From an uncultured archaeon (lineage in GTDB: Archaea > Asgardarchaeota > Thorarchaeia > Thorarchaeales > Thorarchaeaceae): a stretch of 64,000 nucleotides of DNA. The stretch covers positions 16,863-80,862 of the forward strand of contig CAZSWP010000014.1 of the NCBI GenBank assembly GCA_964610875.1, written 5' to 3'. The notes under the pieces are model-generated. The model was not told the origin of the DNA, ran no database searches, and was given only the letters and a program-made list of their open reading frames with translations. The position numbers were made by a program, and so were the translations under genes. This document shows, piece by piece, positions 39,041-47,459 of the stretch (the stretch's first letter is position 1; each line of letters opens with the position of its first letter).

Positions 39041-40075
39041 TTTTTCCACTCTACTAGTAATTTTATCAAAAGCAGTTGGATAAACACCTGCCATTTCATG
39101 TATTCGAATAATTAGTTCCTTACTCGCGCCTTTTAATCCACATTGAGTAGAAACCATACAACTTTCTTTTAAAAGGTCCAAATTTACACCACTTGCTACG
39201 AAGTTATGGAGGACATTTGAAAGATTGTGTTCAAGAGTTACTAAGACGGAAGCATCATACCCATCATCAGTATTAGGAAGTACACCTAAAGCAAGTGCCC
39301 CTCCTTTTTGGAGAAAGTGATTAATCTCTTCTGCTTGTTCAGAATCTATTGAAGTATCGTATGCCACAACGTCAATATGGACTATTTTTGGCTTTGAATT
39401 CCAGAGGATATACTCCTCGTCGATTTTTAGCTCTCGCCAATCCTCGCAATAGTGATATGCTGGGATCACCCTCTCAGGATACAAACTGTCCGTCTTCTTC
39501 AGCATTTTCTTCATATCTAGTCCATGAATTTGTTTATTCTCTATCATCTCTCTTATGAATCCAAAAGCAGGATCGTCTTGACATATAATAGTGGTCGAAG
39601 CCATATCCTCAAGAAATTCAACCATCCCTTGAGAAACTCTGGATATTAACGATGAATAGAATGCGAACATTTGCGGAGAAACATGATTCTTTCCATTGCT
39701 TCCTCTTGTACTGAAACACATTGTGGCAGGTGCAGTAACCTGAGTCTTGAATATATCAAATGAATCCTGTTCTTTGAGTAGAAATAGACTACCAAAATAG
39801 TCCTTGGATGGTGAAATTGGGTCATCATTCTCAATCATTTCTTGAAAGGATGAAGGATCAATGTCCAGAATAAAATCTCCTTCTTCTTCAAAACCATCAA
39901 TGTAAGCTCCAAATTGACGTATCATGTCTTCTTCTCTTTTCGATGGAATCTGGTAGGCATAGGGCACTTTTAATTTTGGAATGTACTCCAGCGGAGCTCT
40001 CTCCTCCTTTTCGTTTAGACTTCCCACACCAAAGAAATGCCCAACCAAATCAAAAGGTAGTACTCTCTTGGCCAA
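39038..40075 (-). CDS. Core (single-barrel) MetE-like methionine synthase family protein
   Basis: GVGSL N-terminus, EDMIRQF, KTQVTAPAT, CQDDP, putative Zn ligands HYC and STQCGL, LALGVLP. Confidence 0.7.
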   Translation of the reverse strand: MAKRVLPFDLVGHFFGVGSLNEKEERAPLEYIPKLKVPYAYQIPSKREEDMIRQFGAYIDGFEEEGDFILDIDPSSFQEMIENDDPISPSKDYFGSLFLLKEQDSFDIFKTQVTAPATMCFSTRGSNGKNHVSPQMFAFYSSLISRVSQGMVEFLEDMASTTIICQDDPAFGFIREMIENKQIHGLDMKKMLKKTDSLYPERVIPAYHYCEDWRELKIDEEYILWNSKPKIVHIDVVAYDTSIDSEQAEEINHFLQKGGALALGVLPNTDDGYDASVLVTLEHNLSNVLHNFVASGVNLDLLKESCMVSTQCGLKGASKELIIRIHEMAGVYPTAFDKITSRVEK

Positions 40076-40082
40076 GAAAGAT

Positions 40083-41795
40083 TCACTCCTTGGTCTGCGA
40101 TTTTCTTTTTGCTCCTCTGTTGCAAGACTGTAAAGCTGGACATCCGAAACATGTATCTGGAATATCGGTCAGCGCTTGTTCTCCGTATAATAACACTTGT
40201 TCAGCCACTTTGGTCCCTGTCGGTTCTGTTTCTTCTCTTTCCACAGAACCTGCTCTCCTGATGTGGCATCTATGTTCCTGCAATTCTTCAATGAATTCAT
40301 CCGTATCGTCTCTCAAAATGACGGCTTGTGGACCAAGACGTTTGACAACATGTTTCGTGAAATCCTCAATTAGCAGCAAATCTTCAAGGTCTTGTTCGTT
40401 TTCAGTTTCAAATATTGTGACATTTGAAAGTGTGGCAAATATTGTTCGGGATGTCCAATCTTTAATTGAGCGTAGTACATTCGCTGGCACTGGTTTGCTA
40501 CTTTCCGTTTCCAAGAATTCAAGAATCTCAGCTTCTCGCCAGTTGATTTCAATCGCTTGGAATATTGAATTCTCGGTGATTTTACATGTACTAACAACAT
40601 CTGTTTTAACTGGTTCTGTAAGTAGCATGAGCTGATAGAGTTTGTAGTAGTTCATCTCTGAAGAGAAGACAGTAATCTCAAAATTAGGCTGCACAAAGAA
40701 TGTTTCATGTTTTTCTAATTTTGTCATTGGTCTATTTGCAATCACGCTTGCTCCAACTTCTGTGAGTCTTATCGCCAGTAACTTCTTACCTTTATACGCT
40801 CCTTCTACCAATCCGAGTAGCAATGGTGTTTCAAGAGCCATAATGACCCTCTCCTCTGATACTTGTATCCATTTCAGAGGCTGCTCGTCAATAAACAATT
40901 CAGTTCTGATCCAATCTTTCAATTCAGATATCTGAATCCAATCCTCTGTAGTACTCTCTCTTAATCTGCAAATGACTAGATTTAGTGTATATTCGGTTGG
41001 TTGATCTGGTGTTGCCCATATTGCTCTAGTTCTTCCAAGTGCTGAGAGTAATATCCTACTTGAAACTTCATCTTGACGTCCATCAAATAGAGCTTCAACC
41101 TTTCCTGGGATCACTCTATCTTTTTCTACTATTACATAAGCACCAGCCTTTCTAGCAATCTTTTGCACTAGTTCAAAACGTTCTTCTGATGAATCTGACA
41201 TTGCTTCTTTGATATGATCCATCTCTCTCTTTGGAAATTCCCAAGAACTAGTCATCTTGACTTCATTCTTTGCCAAATATGAAACGAGTAATAGGGAATC
41301 AAGTAGGATTGTGTCACGATTATTGACAATATTTTTGACTCTCTTAGGTTTCTCTAGGTCATGTTTAGGTTTCTTAGAGAAGTACTGTTTGAGTATCGGC
41401 ATGAAGAAATCCAGTATCTTAAATTCGGCAACTTCTCTCCCAAATTCAGTAAGTCTAGACATCATTCGTCTAATAATCAAACCTTTTTTGCGAAGATCTC
41501 TCTCAGTTTGATTTAGTTGACCATAGCTATAGATTTTCCTGTAAGGCTTAAGTCGGTCATAACTCATTGCCCCGCCATTCAACACAAGCATTCCCAAAAG
41601 ATCAATTTCCTTCTCAGTAAAAGTAGCAAAAATTCGTTCCCTTGCTTCTTTATTTTTCATTTTTTCTGCTAACATTTTCATGAGAGAATCGCCTGAAGAA
41701 CTACTTCCAACATCGATGCCCCAATATTGGCATGCCACTATCAGGTCTTCTCTAAACATGTGTTCTATCTCTTTTTCAAGCGTGATTTTCTGCAT
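40083..41795 (-). CDS. Helicase-associated (XPB-N/Helicase_C_3, p52/Tfb2-like) domain protein
   Basis: FVQPNFEI...KITENSIFQAI...ILEFLE..S.KPVPANVLRSIKDW. Likely start MQKITLEK (41795). C-terminal CFGCPALQSC. Confidence 0.8.
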   Translation of the reverse strand: MQKITLEKEIEHMFREDLIVACQYWGIDVGSSSSGDSLMKMLAEKMKNKEARERIFATFTEKEIDLLGMLVLNGGAMSYDRLKPYRKIYSYGQLNQTERDLRKKGLIIRRMMSRLTEFGREVAEFKILDFFMPILKQYFSKKPKHDLEKPKRVKNIVNNRDTILLDSLLLVSYLAKNEVKMTSSWEFPKREMDHIKEAMSDSSEERFELVQKIARKAGAYVIVEKDRVIPGKVEALFDGRQDEVSSRILLSALGRTRAIWATPDQPTEYTLNLVICRLRESTTEDWIQISELKDWIRTELFIDEQPLKWIQVSEERVIMALETPLLLGLVEGAYKGKKLLAIRLTEVGASVIANRPMTKLEKHETFFVQPNFEITVFSSEMNYYKLYQLMLLTEPVKTDVVSTCKITENSIFQAIEINWREAEILEFLETESSKPVPANVLRSIKDWTSRTIFATLSNVTIFETENEQDLEDLLLIEDFTKHVVKRLGPQAVILRDDTDEFIEELQEHRCHIRRAGSVEREETEPTGTKVAEQVLLYGEQALTDIPDTCFGCPALQSCNRGAKRKSQTKE

Positions 41796-41851
41796 TATCT
41801 TCACTTCTAGGAAATTTAGGAAGTAAACAAGCGCCCAGATATTCATGGTTT

Positions 41852-41875
41852 ATGACCATTACGGTTTCGGTCATG
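41852..41875. promoter_or_regulatory. ATGACC-N11-GGTCAT inverted repeat in the divergent p52-like/rfc promoter
   Basis: TTTCGGTCATG (41865-41875) is the exact reverse complement of CATGACCGAAA (26601-26611). Confidence 0.5.
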
Positions 41876-41960
41876 TTTAGCTAAAATTTTCCAAATTAGA
41901 AAAATATCAATGAACATGCTTATCTTGTTATCGCAGGAGGAATGTATAGGGGTCCTCACC

Positions 41961-43082
41961 ATGGAAGTACCATTGTGGTCAGTAAAATATCGCCCTTCAT
42001 CATGGGATTCATTTGTGGGTCAGGAGAGAGCCATCGCCCAACTCAGACAATATGCTGAATCGGGACTCTTTGCTAGTTTGATTCTTTACGGCCCCTCTGG
42101 AACGGGCAAGACAGTAGCTGCGGAGTTGTATGCAAGAGAAGCTCTTGGTGATTTATTTGAATCAAATTATAAAATACTGAACGTGCGCGAGATATTCACA
42201 TATTCTGCAACTACTGCAAAGCGAAAAATATCTGATTTGGCTAAATTAGATAGAAAGGATAGAACTGAACTTGATGAATACATGTCCTTTGTCTATCGAG
42301 AAGCAAAAGCAGAACTAAAGCTTAAAGGTAGGAGTAAAGAACCTAACAGAAGTGAAATGCTTCAACAAGCGATAAAGCTCTTCGCGTCAACCATGACAGT
42401 TTCTGACGAACTTGTGAAAGTGTTAATTCTTGATGAAGCCGATGCGATGGATTACAATATGCAACAAGCACTCCGCAGAACTATGGAATTATATTCGGAT
42501 TTGTGTAGATTCATTCTAATAACTCCATCATTGACTGGGTGGAATCCTGCTATTATATCTCGATGTCTTATGGTTAAATTCTCAGCGATTTCTGAAGAGA
42601 ATCTTTCAGACATGCTTACAAGAATTTCCAAGAATGAGTCAGTGAATTATGATGAAACGGGCATCCAAGCTATCACCAAAGAGTCTCAAGGTGACATGAG
42701 AAGAGCTATAGACTTGCTACAGATATGTGCCTCAAGTGGAAACACGGTATTTGAAGATATTGTCTATGAGTATTCTGAATCCTCCCTCTCTAAGAAAGTC
42801 AGGAAAATGATCTCACTGGCACTCAATAATGATTTTGTGAAAGCAAGAGATCGATTAAGGTTGTTAATTGCTATGGATGGATACGAACCAGAAGAAGTCT
42901 GTCTGGAGATACAGCGAGACTTACTCAAACGACCAATTCCTGTTACGAAACTGCAACATCTTCTCTCTAGAATTGCAGAGATTGACTATAGAATAACTCA
43001 GGCACGAAACCCATTCATTCACCTAACAGCATTATTGGCATCGATTAGGAATATTTTCTCGGAAGAATCTGTTATTGCATAG
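41961..43082 (+). CDS. rfcS: Replication factor C small subunit-like clamp-loader ATPase with an internal insertion
   Basis: LWSVKYRP, VGQE, GPSGTGKT, ILDEADAM, QQALRRTME, SRC, GDMRRAI. Confidence 0.9.
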   Translation: MEVPLWSVKYRPSSWDSFVGQERAIAQLRQYAESGLFASLILYGPSGTGKTVAAELYAREALGDLFESNYKILNVREIFTYSATTAKRKISDLAKLDRKDRTELDEYMSFVYREAKAELKLKGRSKEPNRSEMLQQAIKLFASTMTVSDELVKVLILDEADAMDYNMQQALRRTMELYSDLCRFILITPSLTGWNPAIISRCLMVKFSAISEENLSDMLTRISKNESVNYDETGIQAITKESQGDMRRAIDLLQICASSGNTVFEDIVYEYSESSLSKKVRKMISLALNNDFVKARDRLRLLIAMDGYEPEEVCLEIQRDLLKRPIPVTKLQHLLSRIAEIDYRITQARNPFIHLTALLASIRNIFSEESVIA

Positions 43083-43359
43083 GTTTTTTTTCACTATTCA
43101 TCCGAACTGGTCCTCCAAATGCTGCAACAAGGTCTATTGGTAATTCTTGCTTCTCATATAGGAATCCTGCTTTGATGCTATTGCCTTCGCGGTTGACCAT
43201 TTCATTCTCAAGGGCAATTGTTAGAAGTCTACGAATATCTGAAGGCCGCCCTAACCTACATCGGAATGATAGAAAAGAAACTGCTTCCTCAATCTCCACA
43301 TGAGATCCCCTTTTACGAAATAGATGAGTTAGAATCTGGATGACATGTTTTCCATTCAT
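43072..43359 (-). CDS. DUF2240-like small winged-helix protein
   Basis: EEAVSFLSF...PSDIRRLLTIALE..MV..EG pattern. Confidence 0.6.
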   Translation of the reverse strand: MNGKHVIQILTHLFRKRGSHVEIEEAVSFLSFRCRLGRPSDIRRLLTIALENEMVNREGNSIKAGFLYEKQELPIDLVAAFGGPVRMNSEKKPMQ

Positions 43360-43415
43360 AACGAGTTCATGATTGCCGTGGGTTTAAGTGCTTTGGATTA
43401 GTTACTGAGAAATAG

Positions 43416-44381
43416 ATGTCTCCAATAAACATCCAAGTACATGGGTTTGATTTGAACCGAATTCCAATTCTATTGAATGAATCAGTAGAAGGTCTCAGGG
43501 TAGATACTCATCCCCCTATCTTGCTACACGGTTGGTCTAATATTAACCTTCTAATGGATAGTTCAGATGGCCAAGTAATAGTAAAACTTCCTCAACTTGT
43601 ATGCAGATATCAAGAAAATCCGTATGAATATCAATGGAATTGTCATGAAGCACTCTATCCTTCCGGGCTTTGCTCCAAACCATTGGCAATTGGTCGGCTT
43701 TCTGACCTAAAACAAACTCCCTTTATGGTACTCGAACATATTACTGGTCAGATACCCTCTCGGATATCTGAACTTGATTCTAGTGATATCGAAACAATAT
43801 TTGCATTTCATCAGAAGTTCGCTAAATTGAGACCCAAAACCATCCATAAATTCAAGAACGCTGAATCATATATCAGATTCAATTATGATTCCATCTTACG
43901 TATTTACAATCAATCAAACACATATTCTAACTATATTGAAAATAGAATCTCATTAATGGATGATTTTCAACAATCTCTCTTAGAGTGGGCGAAATCTATG
44001 CCATGGTCGTGTGATTTAATGCATGGTGATTTTCACACGCAGAATATAGTTTTCCAAAAAGGTGGGCTCCTTTTTCTTGATCTTGAATTCTGTGCACTTG
44101 CAGAAAGCATGATTGATCAATCATATTTCTTTTGTGAACCATATAGTTTGAAAAATCTATCAGAACTGAAAAAATCCATTTCACAGATTGAAAAGCGAAA
44201 CCAGATACTCCTTTTTGCACCTCTGGCCTTACTTGCACTGATATCTTGGTTTCTTATTTGGATAATGAACACTGAGCAAAATCTTATCGAACCCATTTTG
44301 TTAACAAATGGATCTAGAGCTTCTTGGATTGATTATCTTAGTACAAGAATGGATATTCTAGAATCTCTTCTAACTCCTTAA
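43416..44381 (+). CDS. APH/choline kinase-like phosphotransferase
   Basis: GWSNIN Gly loop, VIVKL, MVLEHITG, Brenner motif HGDFHTQNI, FLDLEF. Confidence 0.85.
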   Translation: MSPINIQVHGFDLNRIPILLNESVEGLRVDTHPPILLHGWSNINLLMDSSDGQVIVKLPQLVCRYQENPYEYQWNCHEALYPSGLCSKPLAIGRLSDLKQTPFMVLEHITGQIPSRISELDSSDIETIFAFHQKFAKLRPKTIHKFKNAESYIRFNYDSILRIYNQSNTYSNYIENRISLMDDFQQSLLEWAKSMPWSCDLMHGDFHTQNIVFQKGGLLFLDLEFCALAESMIDQSYFFCEPYSLKNLSELKKSISQIEKRNQILLFAPLALLALISWFLIWIMNTEQNLIEPILLTNGSRASWIDYLSTRMDILESLLTP

Positions 44382-44617
44382 TTATCAAGTTTCTCTTCAA
44401 TCTCACTCTTTTTCGTTCTAATGTCATTACCCTCTATAATCAGTTTGGTAAGATCTTTCTGATATTCTTCTTTGGAAATCCACCCATTACTTAGTTTTTC
44501 ATCCAAGTCTATTCTCTTGTGACGGATTTCTGTGAAGGCTTTCTCGAGTGCTGCGTGGCGTATTTTTAGAAACACAGAATTCTCTGATTGCAATCTCTCC
44601 CGGCTTGAATTATACAT
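44378..44617 (-). CDS. Small coiled-coil protein (SHOCT-like motif)
   Basis: 79 aa, helical, GWISKEEY motif. Confidence 0.6.
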   Translation of the reverse strand: MYNSSRERLQSENSVFLKIRHAALEKAFTEIRHKRIDLDEKLSNGWISKEEYQKDLTKLIIEGNDIRTKKSEIEEKLDN

Positions 44618-44653
44618 TTACATTGAAACGCTCCGAACTTTAAAGGTTATATC

Positions 44654-44676
44654 TAATATAATATAATATAATATAA
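44654..44676. repeat. (TAATA)n pentanucleotide microsatellite in a divergent promoter
   Basis: TAATATAATATAATATAATATAA, about 4.5 units. Confidence 0.75.
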
Positions 44677-44764
44677 ACTATGCTATATCTCCCATTGTAT
44701 TTCGAAAATCCATAGCCAATAGATTGATGTAATATCTATCTGAAGACATTCAGGGACTTAAGAG

Positions 44765-45592
44765 ATGAGTCTAGAAGATATGTTAAAGAAAGGACGTCCT
44801 CTTTATTGGACTGGAGTAGAACCATTGGACAAAGAAACTACGAAAGGGTTTCCAAGTAACGCATTTGGCTTTATTCGTGGACCTGGTGGTGGTGGCAAAT
44901 CTGTAATATTGAATGAAATAGCAAAAGCGCAGATGGAAATGGGAAAGAAGGTACTTTATGTTTGCTTTGAAGACACTCCTCTCTCCATTCTACAAAATCT
45001 GTATTCTCTTGGATGGGATTATGCTAAGATGCTTGGGAAGGACATGATTCATCTCATAGATTGTTTTTCGGGTCAGATTCTACGAAAAACCGTGAAGTAT
45101 AATCATACCACACTTGTTAGGAATCCCACTGAACCCAATGAAGTTGGTGATGCAATACACGCTTACCTAGATGAAAACGAAGAAGTAATCGGAGGCATTT
45201 TCATCGATAGTATCACAGAACTCTTCCTCCAATCACATCCCTTCAAGGCTGTAAATGCAGTGAAGGCTTGGCGCGCAACTTTCTCAAAAGATCATTATGT
45301 TCCATGCTGGGCTACCTATCACACTGGACTACAACAATTTGCTGCATATGATGATCTGATTACCTATAGTAGTGATATCATCATTGATACAAGACATGAG
45401 CCTGTATTCAAGAATGCGGGGGTTCTCCTAAAACAATTTAGAATAACAAAATTGAAAGGTGCACCTCATAATACATTATGGGTCACATTTGAAGTTGGTC
45501 CTGAGGGGATTGAACGTCTGACAATCGATACAATCAAAGAGATAGCACGGAAGATCACTACGTATGACGCTCCAAAGGATGAGAAAGACTAA
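44765..45592 (+). CDS. Single-domain KaiC/RAD55-family ATPase
   Basis: TGVEPLD, GPGGGGKS, YVCFED, LIDCFS, FIDSITE, RITKLKG. Confidence 0.88.
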   Translation: MSLEDMLKKGRPLYWTGVEPLDKETTKGFPSNAFGFIRGPGGGGKSVILNEIAKAQMEMGKKVLYVCFEDTPLSILQNLYSLGWDYAKMLGKDMIHLIDCFSGQILRKTVKYNHTTLVRNPTEPNEVGDAIHAYLDENEEVIGGIFIDSITELFLQSHPFKAVNAVKAWRATFSKDHYVPCWATYHTGLQQFAAYDDLITYSSDIIIDTRHEPVFKNAGVLLKQFRITKLKGAPHNTLWVTFEVGPEGIERLTIDTIKEIARKITTYDAPKDEKD

Positions 45593-47295
45593 TTGAAGAA
45601 CTTGGCGGGGTCTTTTTCCCAGATCATTTCATCATCTGATGCTATCACATATTGATAACCCTGTTCGGTTAAGAACAGTTGACGTTTAGCTGCAAAATCC
45701 ATATCGCGAGTGTCTTTTGTTATTATCGAATAAAATCTGGCAAAGCTACCATCTGATTTTGGTCTTAGAATTCTACCAAGCCGTTGTGCTTCTTCTTGAC
45801 GTGAACCAAATGTACCAGAGACCTGAATCGCTACATTTGCGTCAGGAAGATCTAGAGCAAAGTTTGCAACTTTGGACACAACAAGTATCTTTTCTTTTCC
45901 TGCTCTAAAGGCTTTGTATAGTTTCTGTCGATCATAATTGTTGGTCTTGCCTGTAATAAGCGGTGCTTTGATCTCATCAGCTATAGCCTTCAGTTGCTTC
46001 AGATACATACCAATGATCAATATATTATCCTTTTCATGATATTGAATCAGTTCTTTTATGATCTCGAGTTTTCTTGGATTTTCAGCAGCAATTCTATACT
46101 TCTTCCGATCCTCTGTGACAGCGTATTTACGTCGTAGTTTATCGGGCAACTCCAAACGTATCTCATAACAGATAGCTGTAGCAATCCATCCTTTGTTTTC
46201 TAGTTGCTTCCAGGGCATATCATAACGTTTTGGACCTATTAGGCTGAACACATCCTCTTCGCGTTCATCTTCCCGAATTAGTGTTGCAGTTAAGCCAAGT
46301 CTCCTAGTGGCCTGAATTACTGCTGTGACTCTAAAAACTGGTGCAGGTAACAGATGCACCTCATCATATATTATGAGTCCCCATTGACGCGCATCAAACA
46401 ATTCGAAGTGCTCAAATTCATTCTCACGAGATTTTCGATAAGTCAGAATTTGATAAGTTGCTACAGTTACAGGCTTGATTGTCTTATCGTCTCCTGTGTA
46501 TTCCCCAATCTGATCCTCTGTCAGAGTTGTCTTATCAAGAAGCTCGGCAATCCATTGTCTTACTGCAACCACGTTTGGACACAGAATCAATGTAGATGTT
46601 TGGAGCTCATGCATCGCACCTATCCCAACCATGGTCTTTCCGGCACCACAAGGCAGTACAACTACTCCTGAACCACCTCTTACTCCGCCTCCTGCGTGGA
46701 AAGATGCAACTGAATCGAGTTGATAATCTCGCAACCTAAAGGGCTTATTGTCAAGAGTGATGTCCCTCATCTCAAATGGTAGGGCTTCTCCTTCAGTATA
46801 TCCTGCTAGGTCTTCTACCGGATGGCCAACCTCAAGCAAAGCATGTTTTATGAAACCTCTCTCTCTTGGGTCAACAAGAAATGTCCTTTCATCCACTCGC
46901 TCTACAATAAACTCTCTCACTTTCTTCTGTTGCCATATTTCCTCTGCAACATCTACATCCTCACATTGAAGGAGCAAATCTTCTCCTTCCGCGAACAATG
47001 TAATTGTACCATATCGGCTCATGTATTCAATTATATCTCGAGAAATGTTACTCGGGATTGGATACTTGGCATACCGTTCAAGAGTATCAATTACCTCCCT
47101 GGCTGAGATGCCAATCGCTGCTGCATTCCAGAGGCTCAATGGTGAGATTTTGTATGTGTGTACATACTCTGGACTCTTTACTAGTTCTGCAAATCTTGCT
47201 AGGGCATCTCGAGTTTCTTCGTATTTTTCATTGTCAACTTCGAGGAGCACTGATCTATCAGATTGTACAATTAATGGATTGAGCGGGTTTGGCAT
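45589..47295 (-). CDS. xpb: XPB/Rad25/Ssl2 DNA helicase with N-terminal Helicase_C_3 domain
   Basis: LIVQSDRSVLLEVD, FAELVKSPEYVHTY, LRDYQ, VLPCGAGKT, DEVH, GLTAT, GSRQEEAQRLGRILRPK. Confidence 0.95.
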   Translation of the reverse strand: MPNPLNPLIVQSDRSVLLEVDNEKYEETRDALARFAELVKSPEYVHTYKISPLSLWNAAAIGISAREVIDTLERYAKYPIPSNISRDIIEYMSRYGTITLFAEGEDLLLQCEDVDVAEEIWQQKKVREFIVERVDERTFLVDPRERGFIKHALLEVGHPVEDLAGYTEGEALPFEMRDITLDNKPFRLRDYQLDSVASFHAGGGVRGGSGVVVLPCGAGKTMVGIGAMHELQTSTLILCPNVVAVRQWIAELLDKTTLTEDQIGEYTGDDKTIKPVTVATYQILTYRKSRENEFEHFELFDARQWGLIIYDEVHLLPAPVFRVTAVIQATRRLGLTATLIREDEREEDVFSLIGPKRYDMPWKQLENKGWIATAICYEIRLELPDKLRRKYAVTEDRKKYRIAAENPRKLEIIKELIQYHEKDNILIIGMYLKQLKAIADEIKAPLITGKTNNYDRQKLYKAFRAGKEKILVVSKVANFALDLPDANVAIQVSGTFGSRQEEAQRLGRILRPKSDGSFARFYSIITKDTRDMDFAAKRQLFLTEQGYQYVIASDDEMIWEKDPAKFFN

Positions 47296-47459
47296 GGGAG
47301 TATCCTCATGAGTTCATTTCAGAGCTTAATGCTTATGCCCAATTATAAATTGGAAATCGGGGTTAGGCTCAAATCAACAGTGATAAATCCTTCCTTGTGA
47401 CAATAGCAGGAATACCCACCTATATTAAGCAAACCAAATTGCTATGGACCTGAAGTATA

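Noticed and set aside
39943-40635. 230-aa + strand ORF and the other antisense or shadow ORFs in the track
   Set aside because: They lie opposite or inside well-supported genes, have Ser-rich antisense-like composition and show no motifs.
42180-42375. Intein in the RFC small subunit
   Set aside because: No N-terminal Cys/Ser block or His-Asn end, too short, and not at the Walker A insertion site.
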